A stretch of 59,170 nucleotides of DNA from Candidatus Campbellbacteria bacterium (GCA_034521025.1 JAXHMZ010000004.1:107315-166484), one strand, 5' to 3'. Shown: positions 37,440 to 49,141, numbered from the stretch's first letter. Program-made: numbers and translations. The notes: a model not told the origin generated them from the letters alone.

Positions 37440-39200
37440 ATGAACTCACCAGTTGAAGAAATTAAAAATCGACTGAGCGTTGAGGAAGTTATTGGATCAT
37501 ATATAGAATTAAAATCTCACGGCAAAACACTGAAAGCACTGTGTCCTTTCCATCAAGAAAAAACTCCTTCGTTCGTGGTTTCTCCGGAACGACAGTCTTT
37601 CTACTGCTTTGGGTGCAACAGAGGAGGCGACATATTCACGTTCGTAGAAGAATTTGAAGGAGTTGATTTCAAAGGAGCGTTAAAAATACTTTCAGAAAAA
37701 GCTGGGATCGACGTAAAACTATACGCCAACGATCCCGAAGCAAAGGAAAGGATCGAAATTCTACACGAAATTTTGGACGAAGCTTCTAAAGCCTATCGTG
37801 ATTCATATCTTTCAAGCGAAATCGCTCAGGAATATATTCAAAACAGAGGAATAACGGCTAAAATCTCTGAGTCCTTTAACATTGGCTTCGCGCCGGATTC
37901 TTGGAGCTTTATACACGACAAGTTGATCAAAAAAGGATTTAAAGCAAAAGACTTGGAGGCCGCCGGGTTATTGATCGAGAAGAAAAATGGTGGTTATTAC
38001 GACAGATTTCGTAATCGAGTAATGTTCCCGATAAACGACTCTAGCGGCAGAGTGGTCGGCTTCTCGGGAAGAACACTCTCAGGCGATGAGAAAACTGCCA
38101 AATACATCAACACGCCGGAAACGGAAGTATTCAAGAAACGAGATATTCTTTTCGGCATAGATAAAGCAAAGCTCTCGATCCGCAAACTTGGGTTCGCAAT
38201 ATTGGTAGAGGGCCAGATGGACTTGGTGCTTTCACACCAAGTAGGGTTTCGAAATACAGTAGCTACCTCCGGTACTGCGCTGAGAGGACAAGAAGAAGGC
38301 AAGGCGGGCGTTTCCAACTTAGAGTTAGTCAAAAGGATCTCCAAAAATCTCGTCATAGCATTTGATTCTGATAAAGCAGGGAAAGAAGCTGCCGTAAAAA
38401 ATGCAACTCTAGCTCTATCGCTTGGCATGGATGTAAAGATAGCCGAACTTCCCGATGACAAAGATCCGGCGGATATGATCCTTGACGACAAAGAAAAATG
38501 GAAAGCAATTATAAAAAATTCAAAAGACCTTATTCAGTTTCAGATAGATGAAATAAACCAAAAAGCCAAATCAAAAAAGGATATACTTAAAAGGATCAGA
38601 GATGAAGTGTTTTCCACAATTGCAGTGGTGCCAAGTTCAATCGAGAAAGAATATTATCTCAATTCGGTTTCTGAGGTTTTGGGAATGAGATCCGAGACGG
38701 TTTTTGAAGAATTTGAGTCCTTCATAAACAGAACGCAAAGACCGAAAGCTCAAAATGAAACCAAAGTTGAATCAGACAGCAAAGAAGATTTGAAATGGAA
38801 CAACAAACTTTTTATAGCGGCGAAGATCGACGTATATAATAAAAAGGAACTTGCTCTCAATGATGACCAAAAAAATGAAATTGGACAGGGATTAAGTAGA
38901 TCTTTTGAGGAGATATTCGAAGAAAGTCCTGAAGACTCTTTGAATTCCGCGGATATAAAAGAGAAAGAAAAATATTTATTTGAGTCTGAAGCAGGATTTA
39001 AGAGTTTACAAAGTTTACAAAAAGATGTTGAATATTTATTAAACAGAATTAAGATACAAAGTTTGGAAAGGGAGGCCAGAATTATTTTACAAAAGATCAA
39101 AGAAGCAGAGAACGAGGGAGACAAATCAAAAGCCTCAACGTCTCTTGAGGAGTACGAAGCTGTTAGTAAAAAATTACAATCCTTAAAAGATAATGTCTAA
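37440..39200 (+). CDS. dnaG: DNA primase
   Basis: CPFHQEKTPSF..YCFGC zinc finger, KYINTPET, VEGQMD, AFDSDKAG Toprim. Confidence 0.97.
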   Translation: MNSPVEEIKNRLSVEEVIGSYIELKSHGKTLKALCPFHQEKTPSFVVSPERQSFYCFGCNRGGDIFTFVEEFEGVDFKGALKILSEKAGIDVKLYANDPEAKERIEILHEILDEASKAYRDSYLSSEIAQEYIQNRGITAKISESFNIGFAPDSWSFIHDKLIKKGFKAKDLEAAGLLIEKKNGGYYDRFRNRVMFPINDSSGRVVGFSGRTLSGDEKTAKYINTPETEVFKKRDILFGIDKAKLSIRKLGFAILVEGQMDLVLSHQVGFRNTVATSGTALRGQEEGKAGVSNLELVKRISKNLVIAFDSDKAGKEAAVKNATLALSLGMDVKIAELPDDKDPADMILDDKEKWKAIIKNSKDLIQFQIDEINQKAKSKKDILKRIRDEVFSTIAVVPSSIEKEYYLNSVSEVLGMRSETVFEEFESFINRTQRPKAQNETKVESDSKEDLKWNNKLFIAAKIDVYNKKELALNDDQKNEIGQGLSRSFEEIFEESPEDSLNSADIKEKEKYLFESEAGFKSLQSLQKDVEYLLNRIKIQSLEREARIILQKIKEAENEGDKSKASTSLEEYEAVSKKLQSLKDNV

Positions 39201-39203
39201 GTT

Positions 39204-40328
39204 ATGAGTACAAACAAGAAAACCGACAAAAAAACAACAAAGAAAACTACATCCAATAAAAAAGTGGATGAATTCGAAAAGAAATCAAATAAACTTCTCA
39301 AAAAAGGAAAGGAGCGTGGTTTTATTACGTTTGATGAAATATTAAAAGAATTTCCAAATATTGAAGACAATATCTTAGATTTAGAGCAACTTTACGAAAA
39401 GTTGAACACAGCTGGGGTCGACGTTTTAGAAAGTTCAGGTATTTTGCAATTAGATGAAGAAAGAGACAAGAAACAAGCGTACGCTAGAAAGCCTTCAGCC
39501 TACGACTCCATTCAAATGTATCTAAAAGAGATCGGTCAATACCCCCTTATATCAGCAGCCGAAGAAAGAGAATTAGCCAAGCGTATCGAAGCCGGAGATG
39601 AAGATGCAAAAACCTTACTCGCGCGAGCAAACCTGCGTCTCGTGGTCTCGATCGCAAAAAAATATGTAGGTCGTAGTCCTGACCTGACCCTCCTCGATCT
39701 AATCCAAGAAGGCAATTTGGGTCTTTTCAAAGCCGTTGACAAATTTGACTGGGAGAAAGGGTTTAAGTTCTCTACTTATGCTACTTGGTGGATCAGACAA
39801 GCGATCACTAGAGCTCTTGCCGACCAGTCACGTACCATCAGGATCCCTGTGCATATGGTCGAAACCATAGCCAAATACAAACAAGTTGTTCGCCGCCTCA
39901 GCCAAGATCTTGGCCGTGATCCAATGCCGGAGGAGATCTCAACTGAAATGGGCATCGACTTGGACAAGATATACACAATAATCAAAATTGACCAAGACAC
40001 CGTTTCCTTGGAGAGTCCGGTTGGAGATGAATCGGATGGAAAGTCTACCTTGGGAGATTTTATTCCTGACGAAACTCTTCTTTCACCTGACTATGAATCA
40101 TCTAAGCGAATTCTCTCAGACCAGGTTAATCAAATACTCGGAGACCTAACTCCCAAAGAACGAAAAATACTTGAAATGCGGAACGGAATATTAGATGGAG
40201 TAAACCACACCCTAGAAGAAGTTGGTAAAGAGTTCGGTGTCACGCGAGAACGTATTAGGCAAATTGAAGCAAAAGCGCACGAAAAAATACGTCAACACGA
40301 AAAATCAAATCGCTTGAAAAATTATTAA
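39204..40328 (+). CDS. rpoD: Primary sigma factor sigma70/SigA
   Basis: [50 protein letters not shown]. Confidence 0.98.
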   Translation: MSTNKKTDKKTTKKTTSNKKVDEFEKKSNKLLKKGKERGFITFDEILKEFPNIEDNILDLEQLYEKLNTAGVDVLESSGILQLDEERDKKQAYARKPSAYDSIQMYLKEIGQYPLISAAEERELAKRIEAGDEDAKTLLARANLRLVVSIAKKYVGRSPDLTLLDLIQEGNLGLFKAVDKFDWEKGFKFSTYATWWIRQAITRALADQSRTIRIPVHMVETIAKYKQVVRRLSQDLGRDPMPEEISTEMGIDLDKIYTIIKIDQDTVSLESPVGDESDGKSTLGDFIPDETLLSPDYESSKRILSDQVNQILGDLTPKERKILEMRNGILDGVNHTLEEVGKEFGVTRERIRQIEAKAHEKIRQHEKSNRLKNY

Positions 40329-40333
40329 TTTAA

Positions 40334-40364
40334 ATAAAACGGAGTAATTAATACTCCGTTTTTA
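40334..40364 (+). terminator. Intrinsic terminator after rpoD
   Basis: AAAACGGAGTA-loop-TACTCCGTTTTT. Confidence 0.8.
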
Positions 40365-40395
40365 TATATTACTTGCCAGCTGGTATAATTCACAA

Positions 40396-43318
40396 ATGAC
40401 CCAAAACGCATATAAACAAGCGTTAGCAAAGCTCAATACGGCGCAACGAGCGGCCGTAGAAACAATAGAAGGACCGGTAGTCGTAGTAGCTGGTCCGGGA
40501 ACCGGAAAAACACATGTCTTAACAACACGCATAGCTCACATTTTGCACGAAACAGACTCTACGCCCGATTCAATATTGGCCTTGACTTTTACCGAAGCCG
40601 GAGCTAGCGCTATGCAACTTCGCTTGTATGAACTTATCGGCAAAGACGCGTACAAAACCCAAATTGCAACTTTTCATGGGTTCGCAAACCAAATTATCCA
40701 AGAATTTCCTGAGTACTTCCCGCGTATCATAGGAGCAAGACAGGTTGATTCCTTAGAACGACTCGAATTAATTGAAAAGATCCTCACAGAAGGCAATTTT
40801 GAGCTTCTAAAGCCCTTCGGAAACGAACTCTTCTATGTAAAAAGCATATCTCAGGTAATACAAGACATTAAAAGAGAAGGGTATGATCCTCATAAATTCG
40901 AAAACTTAATAAAAGAGCAGTCAAAAGATTTTGGATCGATCGAAGATCTTTATCATTCAAAAGGAAAAAATGAAGGTGAGATGAAAGGGAAATACAAAGT
41001 CCTTGAAAGAAAGATAGAGAAGAACTTTGAATTACTTCAAGTTTTTCGCGAGTATGAACGCATAAAGCAAGAACAAAAACTTTTTGATTACGAAGATACT
41101 ATTCTTGAGTTACTGTACGCTTTGGAAAATGAAGATGATCTACTTTCAGCTCTTCAAGAGAGATATTTATATATACTTGCTGATGAACATCAAGATTCAA
41201 ACCGCGCGCAAAACAAAATACTAGATCATATCTCGAGTTTTCATGAAAACCCCAATATTTTTATAGTAGGAGACGACAAACAGGCTATATACAGATTTCA
41301 AGGGGCATCACTCGAAAACTTTCAGTATTTCTTTAAACCGGCACCCCGAAGCGACTACAATTGAACTTACCGAGAATTATAGGTCCTCCCAACATATTCT
41401 TGATATCTCACAAGACCTGATATCAAACAATCCGACCCTCAGTGAAAAAACACTGATTGCCGCTACAGACCGCGAGAATATAGACACACTTCTTTTTTCT
41501 TCAAACAATGAAACAGAAGAGGCTCATACAGTTGCGACTGAAATAAGATCTATTCAAAATAACTCTCCTGAAGACACGATCGCTGTACTGTTTAGAAATA
41601 ACAAAGAAGCTCAAGATCTGAGTTTGGCTCTAGAGAGGCAGGGAATTGATTATTTTAAAAGATCCGGCTCAACAGAAGAAATGGATCCTTATACAGAGCA
41701 GTTACTTACTCTCTTGTCCATAGTTGACCACCCAACTGATGAAAACATTGGCAAAGCTTTATTCTTTGACTGCTTTGGTATAGACGCATTAGATATAGCT
41801 GACTTTTTGAAAAGTATCAGGAAAGAAGAAAAAACCATTAGAGACTTAGTAAAAGAGTTGCCAACTAATTCAGAGATAAATGAGTCGATTGAAAAACTCT
41901 TTGAACTCCATAAGTATTCTCACAATCATAGTTTTTTTGATACTTTTGAAAAAACCTTAAAAGAAACTGGCTTACTTGAAAGTATATTGAAGTCAGAGAG
42001 AAGTAGGGTAATTATTGAAGAAATACAAACACTATACGAAAGAGCCAAGACTCTTGAAAGTAGGGAAGAGAGTATTACTTTGGATTCTTTCCTTTCCTAT
42101 ATTACTAAAGCACGTGAATATAATGCGTTACAACTGCACACAAAAGAAACCAAGGAAGAAAAAGTTATACTATCCACCGTGCATGGTGTAAAAGGACTCG
42201 AATACGACGTTGTTTTCGTTACAGGATTAGAGGATAAGCGATGGGGAGGTAAAAGGAAACCGGAATATTTTTATCTTCCGGAATTAAAAGCCCTAAAGGT
42301 TGGCGAGGAAGGAAATATTAAAGAGGACGAGAGGCGTCTCTTATATGTTGCTATTACGCGCGCCAGAAAAAAGGCCATTCTTTCTTATCCAAGATCAAAT
42401 TCAGAAGGACGAAAATATTTACCCTCTCAGTTTCTCGATGAGCTTGGACTGAGCGAAAACAAGGGTCCCGAGGTCAGCACTTATATAGATCAGGAAAGAT
42501 TTAGTCCGTCACGAAAGCTTTTGGATAAAGACCTGGTGGAATTTCTCTTTCGGAAGCAAGGCCTAAATCCGACTGCCGTCAACAAATATCTTGCCTGTCC
42601 CTGGGAGTACTTTTTTTTGACATTGATGCGACTTCCACAGCCACCAAATAGGAGCGCTGTATTTGGAACAGCAGTACATAAAACTCTTCAAGAATTCTTT
42701 GATGAAAGAACGAAGAAAAATGACCTTAGCATAACTGAGGTGCTCGCATTAATGGAAAGAGAAATAAAAAGCTCACACTTAGAAGCCCTAGACAAAGAAA
42801 AGCTGATCAAACGTGGAAATGAATTCCTGCCTGGATTTATAGAAGAAGGTAGAAAAAGATGGCAGAGAGAAAGCGAGACAGAAAGATATATTAAACAACC
42901 GCTGGAGACAACTAATGGTAATTTATTACTTTCCGGTAAATTAGATAAGATCGATAGAGATGAAGGGAGTGAAGGCTTGATAGTAACAGACTTCAAAACC
43001 GGCGAACCCAAGTCGAGAAATAATATAGAAGGAGAGACCAAAGACTCTAACGGTGACTATAAACGTCAGCTCGTATTTTACTCGCTTTTGCTAGAGCTTA
43101 ACGGCGAGAAAATGAAAGAAGGGATCATTGATTTTGTAAAACCCAACAAAAGCGGTAAATATAAACACGAACGATTTTCTATCAGCAAAGAAGAAAGGGC
43201 AGAGCTAAAAAATCAAATAGAGAGGATCTCTTCTGAGATCCTCTCTATGGAATTCACACAAAAAGGTTGTGATAAAAAGGATTGCGAGTGGTGCCGCCTG
43301 GCAAACCTTTTGCTGTAG
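40396..43318 (+). CDS. UvrD/PcrA-family helicase with C-terminal PD-(D/E)XK (RecB-like) nuclease; single gene frameshifted at ~41338
   Basis: AGPGTGKT, ADEHQD, GDDKQAIYRFQGA; shifted frame RHPEATTIELTENYRS; STVHGVKGLEY, RRLLYVAITRA; nuclease GKLDKID..DFKTG..QLVFY. Confidence 0.88.
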
Positions 43319-43324
43319 TTGTAA

Positions 43325-44126
43325 CTAGTTCAGCTCGATAAGTCTGTCTATGATAGCAGCTAAAGGTTCTTCTGGAATTGCTCCGCTAATTCCCACGGCA
43401 TTACCACCTTCAGAAAACACGGCCAAACTTCCGGCCTCAGGTCCCAACTGCGTTAGAGTATTGTATATATCATCCCTAGCGTCCTCTGTGATCTCCGCAT
43501 CACTTATAAGTAGGCTATATGGCGTTCCGGTACCTCCGGCGTTTTGAGCGTCCTCCAAATGTGCTTCCACGATAGACAACGTCTCTTCATTGGCAAAACA
43601 ACTTTCAAACTCCTCCACGTTGGCTCCCGCGTCTTGCGCAAATTCAGGCAACAGATCATGATCCAATCCATCGTTGGAAGGAGTTTCTTCATAGATCCTA
43701 TCGATAAAGGTCCAGAAACCTTCTTCTCCGGCTGACTGAGCTACACACTCAGAAGCAACAGCTTCCGGAATTGCTTTCTGGTGAAGTTGCTCTAGAGGGA
43801 AGTGTCTATATACCCAAGCAAATTCACCTTCGTCATAGTTTTCTATTAAATTGTTCAAAGTATCATGATGTCGCTTGCAGAATGGACATTCCAAGTCAGA
43901 ATAATCAACGAGCTTTACGGGAGCGTCTAGACTTCCTCGAATATAATCAGTTGAATCTACTGATTCATATGAAATGGAAGAGATGGTCGGGCCACTAGAA
44001 CCGGGATCTACCTGCTGATGAATCGTTGTTATCGTTTACAAAGATTATAGCGCCCGCCGTCAGCGCACCGATCAAAAGACCGGCAACTATGATCGAAATT
44101 GGTAAAAAAAGATTTGAAGATTTCAT
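43325..44126 (-). CDS. DsbA/thioredoxin-like protein, left-arm copy with frameshift near 44005
   Basis: CPFC motif; mirror of intact 56287-57087. Confidence 0.85.
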
Positions 44127-44189
44127 ATATTTTTATGCTTTGTTTTGCTCTATGCTCTGCGTATTTCTAATATGACCAGTCTATCATAT

Positions 44190-44763
44190 TTAAAAGGGAA
44201 GAGTATGGGTAACCGTAGAATCGAGTGGTTTGTCCCAATCCGAGACATCTATAGGAATATTACGCAATCCATCATTTGATCGGAATTTCACGTACCCGTT
44301 TTCCTTTATAAAATCATACACGGCTTTGGTAACTCTTACATCTTGCTCACAGTACTCGCGAAGCTTCTCTAATTCTCCGTTGTTCCACCACTCAATGGCT
44401 TCCAAGCCATGTCCGCTCTTGCGGTGCCCTAGAGTGGCCTCGGCAATAGCGTCTAACCCAATTCTTCGTCCTAAGGAATTCTTGATCGACTCCAAGAGAT
44501 CTATGCTTTTGAACTCAGCTCAGATCTCCCGGTAATATTCATCGAGAATGGGAATATCAAAGTGCATTTGAATTAAAGCCGATAGATGCGTTGACTTCTG
44601 AGTACTGGCCAAGCTTGGATAGATCTTCTTCAAAATAACTAGAAAACTCTTCGGTCTCTGTATCGTGAATTGATACCAGTGACAGATCAAGCATAGACGG
44701 CTCGCGACCACCCACATCAGCAAAAGTATTCTTCGTTTCTATATCAAACGTGACCAATCTCAT
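44190..44763 (-). CDS. RNase H-like (DEDD/YprB-type) 3'-5' exonuclease, left-arm copy garbled ~44520-44610
   Basis: VTFDIET, YCEQDV; mirror of intact 55648-56223. Confidence 0.8.
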
Positions 44764-44765
44764 AC

Positions 44766-46017
44766 TTAAACTTCTCTTTTATAAATAGCGACGACCTCCT
44801 CCAAACTTTTTTGGCCGAGTGTTTTTCCGTACTCATCCTTTAGGATCAACTTATCGGAATTAAATGCTTCTTCGTCTACAACTAGAGCAAATTTAGATCC
44901 ATATTTCTTCGATCGCTTCAACTGCGAATCGATTGTATCATAACGCATGTCAACTACAGTTCTTATCCCATTTTTACGCAAGCGCGTCGCAACGTTGTCG
45001 GCGTATACTTTATATTGTCTGTCCGAAACACAAACGTAAATATCAGTAAATGAAATTTCTTTTGGTAAGAGATCATAAGTTTCCAGTACGTCACGAATTG
45101 TGACATCGCCCATACCAAAACCTACGGCAGATACAGGTTCTTCACCAAATACCTCTAAAAGATCGTCGTAACGCCCACCACCAAAAAGAGATCGGCTGTT
45201 ATCGGGATTTGTATCAAATATTTCAAAAATTACCCCGGTATAATAATCAAAACCGCGTACCAAATATGGTTTGAATTTTACGTTATTTATCCCTCGCGCA
45301 CTAAGTTCTTCGATAAGTTGATCGATCCTTTCGTTCGCTTCGAGACCTACCAATAGGTCGCCACCTATCAACTCATTTAGCTTCTCATCAAAATCATCAA
45401 TTTTATCTTTCTTGTCCAACAGTCTATACACCGCCTGTTTCTTTTTTGGATCAAGCTCTAATTCCTCGAATTTATCTTCGAGAATACTTCTATCGTTTAT
45501 GTATATTTCATATTGATCTTCCTTCAAGCCAAATCTTTTTAGAAGTTCATTCGCCAGATCAATTATCTCGATTTCGGCATCTATACCATCTATGCCAAAC
45601 AGATCGGCGTTAAGCTGATAATGCTCACGCAGGCGACCGCGTTGCGGGCGTTCATAACGAAATACATTAGGAATCGAAAACAAGCGCTGAGGAAAAGCCA
45701 TCGCCTTACGCCTTGAAGCAATCATACGCGCGACCGTGGGTGTCATTTCCGGTCGAAGAGTTACGTTTCTACCGCCACGATCCATGAATGTGTAAGTTTG
45801 CTCGCTTACTATTTCCTCGCTGGTTTTGTCCGTATATAACTCGCTGTATTCTAAAGGAGAAGCGTTGTATTCCTTGTATCCGAACAAAGTCAGCGGTTGA
45901 GCGCATTATGTCAAAGATATAGTTTTGTATAGCTTGTTCTTCAGGATAAAAGTCACGCACTCCTTTGTAACTTTCCGTAGTAACGTTTTTAGATACCTTG
46001 CTTTTTTCCTCAGACAT
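44766..46017 (-). CDS. hisS: Histidine-tRNA ligase, left-arm copy with +1 frameshift near 45895
   Basis: LRPEMTPTVAR, RYERPQRGRLREHYQ, LVRGFDYY, GGGRYD. Confidence 0.93.
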
Positions 46018-46038
46018 TGGAAATATTGTACCAAAGTG

Positions 46039-46794
46039 ATGGAAAAATACGAGAACAAAAATATGATTCTAGCTGAAAAAAGCACAGGCGAGACAATGGG
46101 GCAATTAAGGCAGCGGGTTTTCTCTGAATTAAGTCTAGACCCGAACACTAAACTGACGTTTGCCGGCCGTCTAGATCCACTCGCAAGCGGTGTGGTCGTT
46201 TTTCTCCTCAATGAAAGAAGATTTCAAAAAGATGAGTTTCTGTCTCTGAATAAATCCTACAGCTTTCAGATCATACTTGGATTAAAAACTGACACCGGAG
46301 ACCCCTTGGGATTGATTGAATGTGTGGATTTCTCTAGAAAGATCGAGGAAGCTGAAGTTATAAATACTCTTAAAAAATTTGAGAGTAAATACAGACAAAA
46401 GTATCCGAAATTTTCATCAAGAAAAGTAGACGGGAGGGCCTTGTTTGAACACACGCGAAACCAAAACGAAGTAAAAATTCCAGATCATGAAATTGAAATA
46501 TTTGCTCTGAGTCTACAAAAAACCCGAGAAATTAAAAAAGAAGATCTTTTAGATAATATATTTACTCTGATTAGAAAAGTTGAAGGAGATTTTAGGCAAG
46601 AGAAAATAATCAAAAGGTGGCAAGAGATCGAAAATGACATACCAAATAAAGTTCAAGTGCTAGATTGTAATGTTGAATGCTCCAGTGGAACTTATGTACG
46701 CGTATTAACGGAAGATATAGCTAAAGAGTTAAACACTGTCGCGACAACACAAAACATACATCGCAGTAAGATTGGACATTTACAAACCAAATAA
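46039..46794 (+). CDS. TruB-like pseudouridine synthase, divergent and without PUA domain (true start likely 46039)
   Basis: FAGRLDPLASG with catalytic Asp, TDTGD, PKFSSRKVDG, CSSGTYVR. Confidence 0.8.
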   Translation: MEKYENKNMILAEKSTGETMGQLRQRVFSELSLDPNTKLTFAGRLDPLASGVVVFLLNERRFQKDEFLSLNKSYSFQIILGLKTDTGDPLGLIECVDFSRKIEEAEVINTLKKFESKYRQKYPKFSSRKVDGRALFEHTRNQNEVKIPDHEIEIFALSLQKTREIKKEDLLDNIFTLIRKVEGDFRQEKIIKRWQEIENDIPNKVQVLDCNVECSSGTYVRVLTEDIAKELNTVATTQNIHRSKIGHLQTK

Positions 46795-46864
46795 TTATTG
46801 TATTGTTGCATTAGTACTCTGATCTTTAAGACACCGAATACACACACTACCGAAAGGAGCGGAA

Positions 46865-47680
46865 ATGATCCATATCCCGGGAGTTCCAGGGAAGATCAAT
46901 GAGATCAAGGAGTATCCGTTTTCAATTGGAAACTTGGTAGTCAACGCGCTTGGTAAACCAACAGATTGGAAGGGAGAACTTGAAAATCTTCACGACCAAA
47001 CGACCTACAACCGCCTCCTCTCTATAGCCAGAGAGCTGGGCGCAACTAGGATCTTTTGTCCATACCCTGTCCACGGTACGACCATTTCAAGCTCCAAGAT
47101 CAAAACACTTGATGTTTCCCGCACCAAAAGAAGGATCTACCGTGAAGTTAAGGCAGATGGAGCCGAAATTGATAAAGAGGAGGCTTACGGGCTCGCTTCC
47201 GGCGATTGCCACACAGTAGCCCTACAAGACCCGGTTACGGGAAAAACAATTGCTATTCACTTCAATCGTGAAAACGGAGTAGATGACGACATTCTTTCCA
47301 AGGCTCTTCGACACTTCAGGAAGGGAAGTGCTGAAAGGCTAATTGCCGTAATTACTCTCGGCATCGACTCTGCTCACTTTAAACACGATTGGGAAAACCA
47401 TAAGCATGGAAAGAAGAATCGTCGACGTACCTGTGAGTTGATAGGAAAGTACGGACCTGAGATAGTAGATTGGCCCTTAGGCGAGGGCAAAATCGACCTC
47501 AGGCGAATCGCAGCGAGGAAGTTGGTTGAAGCAGGTCTGCTACCCTCAAACATCTACGCGGACCTTTTCGACACCTACTTTGATCCTAGGTTCTGGAGTC
47601 ACCGCGCTAGTCAAACCAGAGGTAGTGCCAAATTCGGTGAAAAGGGAAGAAACATGGTTCTTGTTGTTAACAAGGGCTGA
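46865..47680 (+). CDS. YfiH/PgeF (laccase-domain) family protein, divergent
   Basis: VHG, ADG, GDC, AIH, FWSHR, GRNMV motif order. Confidence 0.7.
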   Translation: MIHIPGVPGKINEIKEYPFSIGNLVVNALGKPTDWKGELENLHDQTTYNRLLSIARELGATRIFCPYPVHGTTISSSKIKTLDVSRTKRRIYREVKADGAEIDKEEAYGLASGDCHTVALQDPVTGKTIAIHFNRENGVDDDILSKALRHFRKGSAERLIAVITLGIDSAHFKHDWENHKHGKKNRRRTCELIGKYGPEIVDWPLGEGKIDLRRIAARKLVEAGLLPSNIYADLFDTYFDPRFWSHRASQTRGSAKFGEKGRNMVLVVNKG

Positions 47681-47712
47681 GGACGGTTCCTTGGAACCGT
47701 CCTCTTTTTATT
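47679..47712 (+). terminator. Intrinsic terminator after YfiH-like gene
   Basis: GAGGACGGTTCC..AACCGTCCTC followed by TTTTT. Confidence 0.8.
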
Positions 47713-47871
47713 GCCGACGTAGAGCGAGAGGAATACCAAGGCGAAGCCTTGAGTATTTCCGAGCCGAGGAGAGCAATATGAGGTTTAATACCCCGCCCCT
47801 CTGGGGCGGTCAAAGGGTGAGCGAAGCGAACACCCTTTGGGTCCAGGGCTTGCCCTGGGGTTTAATACCGA
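47713..47871. mobile_element. 159-bp multi-hairpin element, copy 2, flanked by TTATT
   Basis: Near-identical to 13366-13524. Confidence 0.85.
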
Positions 47872-47874
47872 TTA

Positions 47875-48343
47875 TTAGCTAGCATTTAAATCAGAAGTGC
47901 AGTTGGGACACCGCGTTGCCGACTTGTGGATCAACTCATAGCAAAAAGGACACTTTGATACAGTCTCTTCGGATTTATTTACATTAGTATCTTTACTTTC
48001 ACGTAATCGGTTTACGGCTTTTACCAAAATAAAGACAGCAAAAGCCGTGATCAGAAAACTCACTGACTGATTAATAAATTCTCCGTAATTGATCGTTATA
48101 GCACCCGCAGCTTCCGCTTCTGCCAGAGTGGAGAAGTCAACGCCTGAAGAAAGGTTAACAAAAAGATTTGAAAAATCAGCTCCACCGACCAACATTCCAA
48201 CCGGAGGCATTATTATGTCTTCCACTATCGAGTGGACGAGCGAATTAAACGCTGCGCCGATCACTATACCGACTGCCAAATCAGACCACGCTACCCCTTC
48301 AGGCGCGTACTCGTTTGAAATCATTTACAGGAACGCCCCTCAT
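47875..48343 (-). CDS. mscL: Large-conductance mechanosensitive channel, left-arm copy with garbled 5' end
   Basis: DLAVGIVIGAAF, YGEFIN; mirror of intact 52084-52545. Confidence 0.88.
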
Positions 48344-48401
48344 ATTGTCAGTATATTATACACAAAAATATCATTACTTTATATGATATACTCGCTATTT
48401 G

Positions 48402-49088
48402 ATGGAAAAAGACAGACCAGACGAGCCTGCACAGGCAAAAATAGTTAGAGAAAGAGTTGAAGAAGAAGCAAATAGGCGAGTCTCGCTTATAGGCAACGAA
48501 TTCGCGAAAGGTTTCGACGTAATTAGAGACTATCCCAAATCCGTAACTTTTTTTGGTTCCTCTCGTCTCTCTGAGTCACACCCATATTACAAAAAAGCTC
48601 AAGAAGTTGCCCACCGCTTATCAGATGACGGGTTTACCGTGGTAACCGGCGGCGGCCCGGGCATAATGGAGGCGGCCAATCGTGGCGCATTTGAGGCAGG
48701 AGGAGACTCTTTGGGATTCAATATTGAACTGCCATTTGAGCAAGTTATTAATAAGTACGTTACAGAATCTCTTTCTTTTAATTACTTCTTTTCACGAAAA
48801 GTAATGCTTGCTTTCTCAGCGGAAGCCTATATTTACTTTCCTGGAGGATTCGGAACTCTGGATGAATTTTTTGAAATTGTAACTTTGGTTCAAACGCAGA
48901 AGATCCCGCGAGTACCAATAATTCTTGTCGGTGATGAATTCTGGGGAGCTTTGGATGATTTTATTCACAATATGTTGGTGAACAAATATCAAACTATCGG
49001 CCCGGGAGACGAAGAGCTGTACACAATGACAGAAGATATAGATGAAATTTCTAAAATAGTCAAAAACGCGCCTAAGCGTAAGGAATAA
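48402..49088 (+). CDS. LOG/TIGR00730-family Rossmann-fold protein
   Basis: TGGGPGIMEAANRGA, YFFSRKVM, PGGFGTLDE. Confidence 0.92.
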   Translation: MEKDRPDEPAQAKIVRERVEEEANRRVSLIGNEFAKGFDVIRDYPKSVTFFGSSRLSESHPYYKKAQEVAHRLSDDGFTVVTGGGPGIMEAANRGAFEAGGDSLGFNIELPFEQVINKYVTESLSFNYFFSRKVMLAFSAEAYIYFPGGFGTLDEFFEIVTLVQTQKIPRVPIILVGDEFWGALDDFIHNMLVNKYQTIGPGDEELYTMTEDIDEISKIVKNAPKRKE

Positions 49089-49123
49089 ACAAAAAACCGC
49101 TTTTGAGAAGCGGTTTTTTGTTT
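49087..49123. terminator. Bidirectional terminator
   Basis: AAACAAAAAACCGCTT-loop-AAGCGGTTTTTTGTTT. Confidence 0.85.
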
Positions 49124-49141
49124 TAGTTCTATATTATCTGC

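Noticed and set aside
6040-41345. Programmed ribosomal frameshifting in the HD gene, rnhB or the helicase
   Set aside because: No convincing slippery site plus stimulator; the window has many other clear indel errors
45925-46038. N-terminal extension of the truB-like ORF overlapping hisS by 93 bp
   Set aside because: Extension is antisense to the hisS start; ATG 46039 gives a non-overlapping gene
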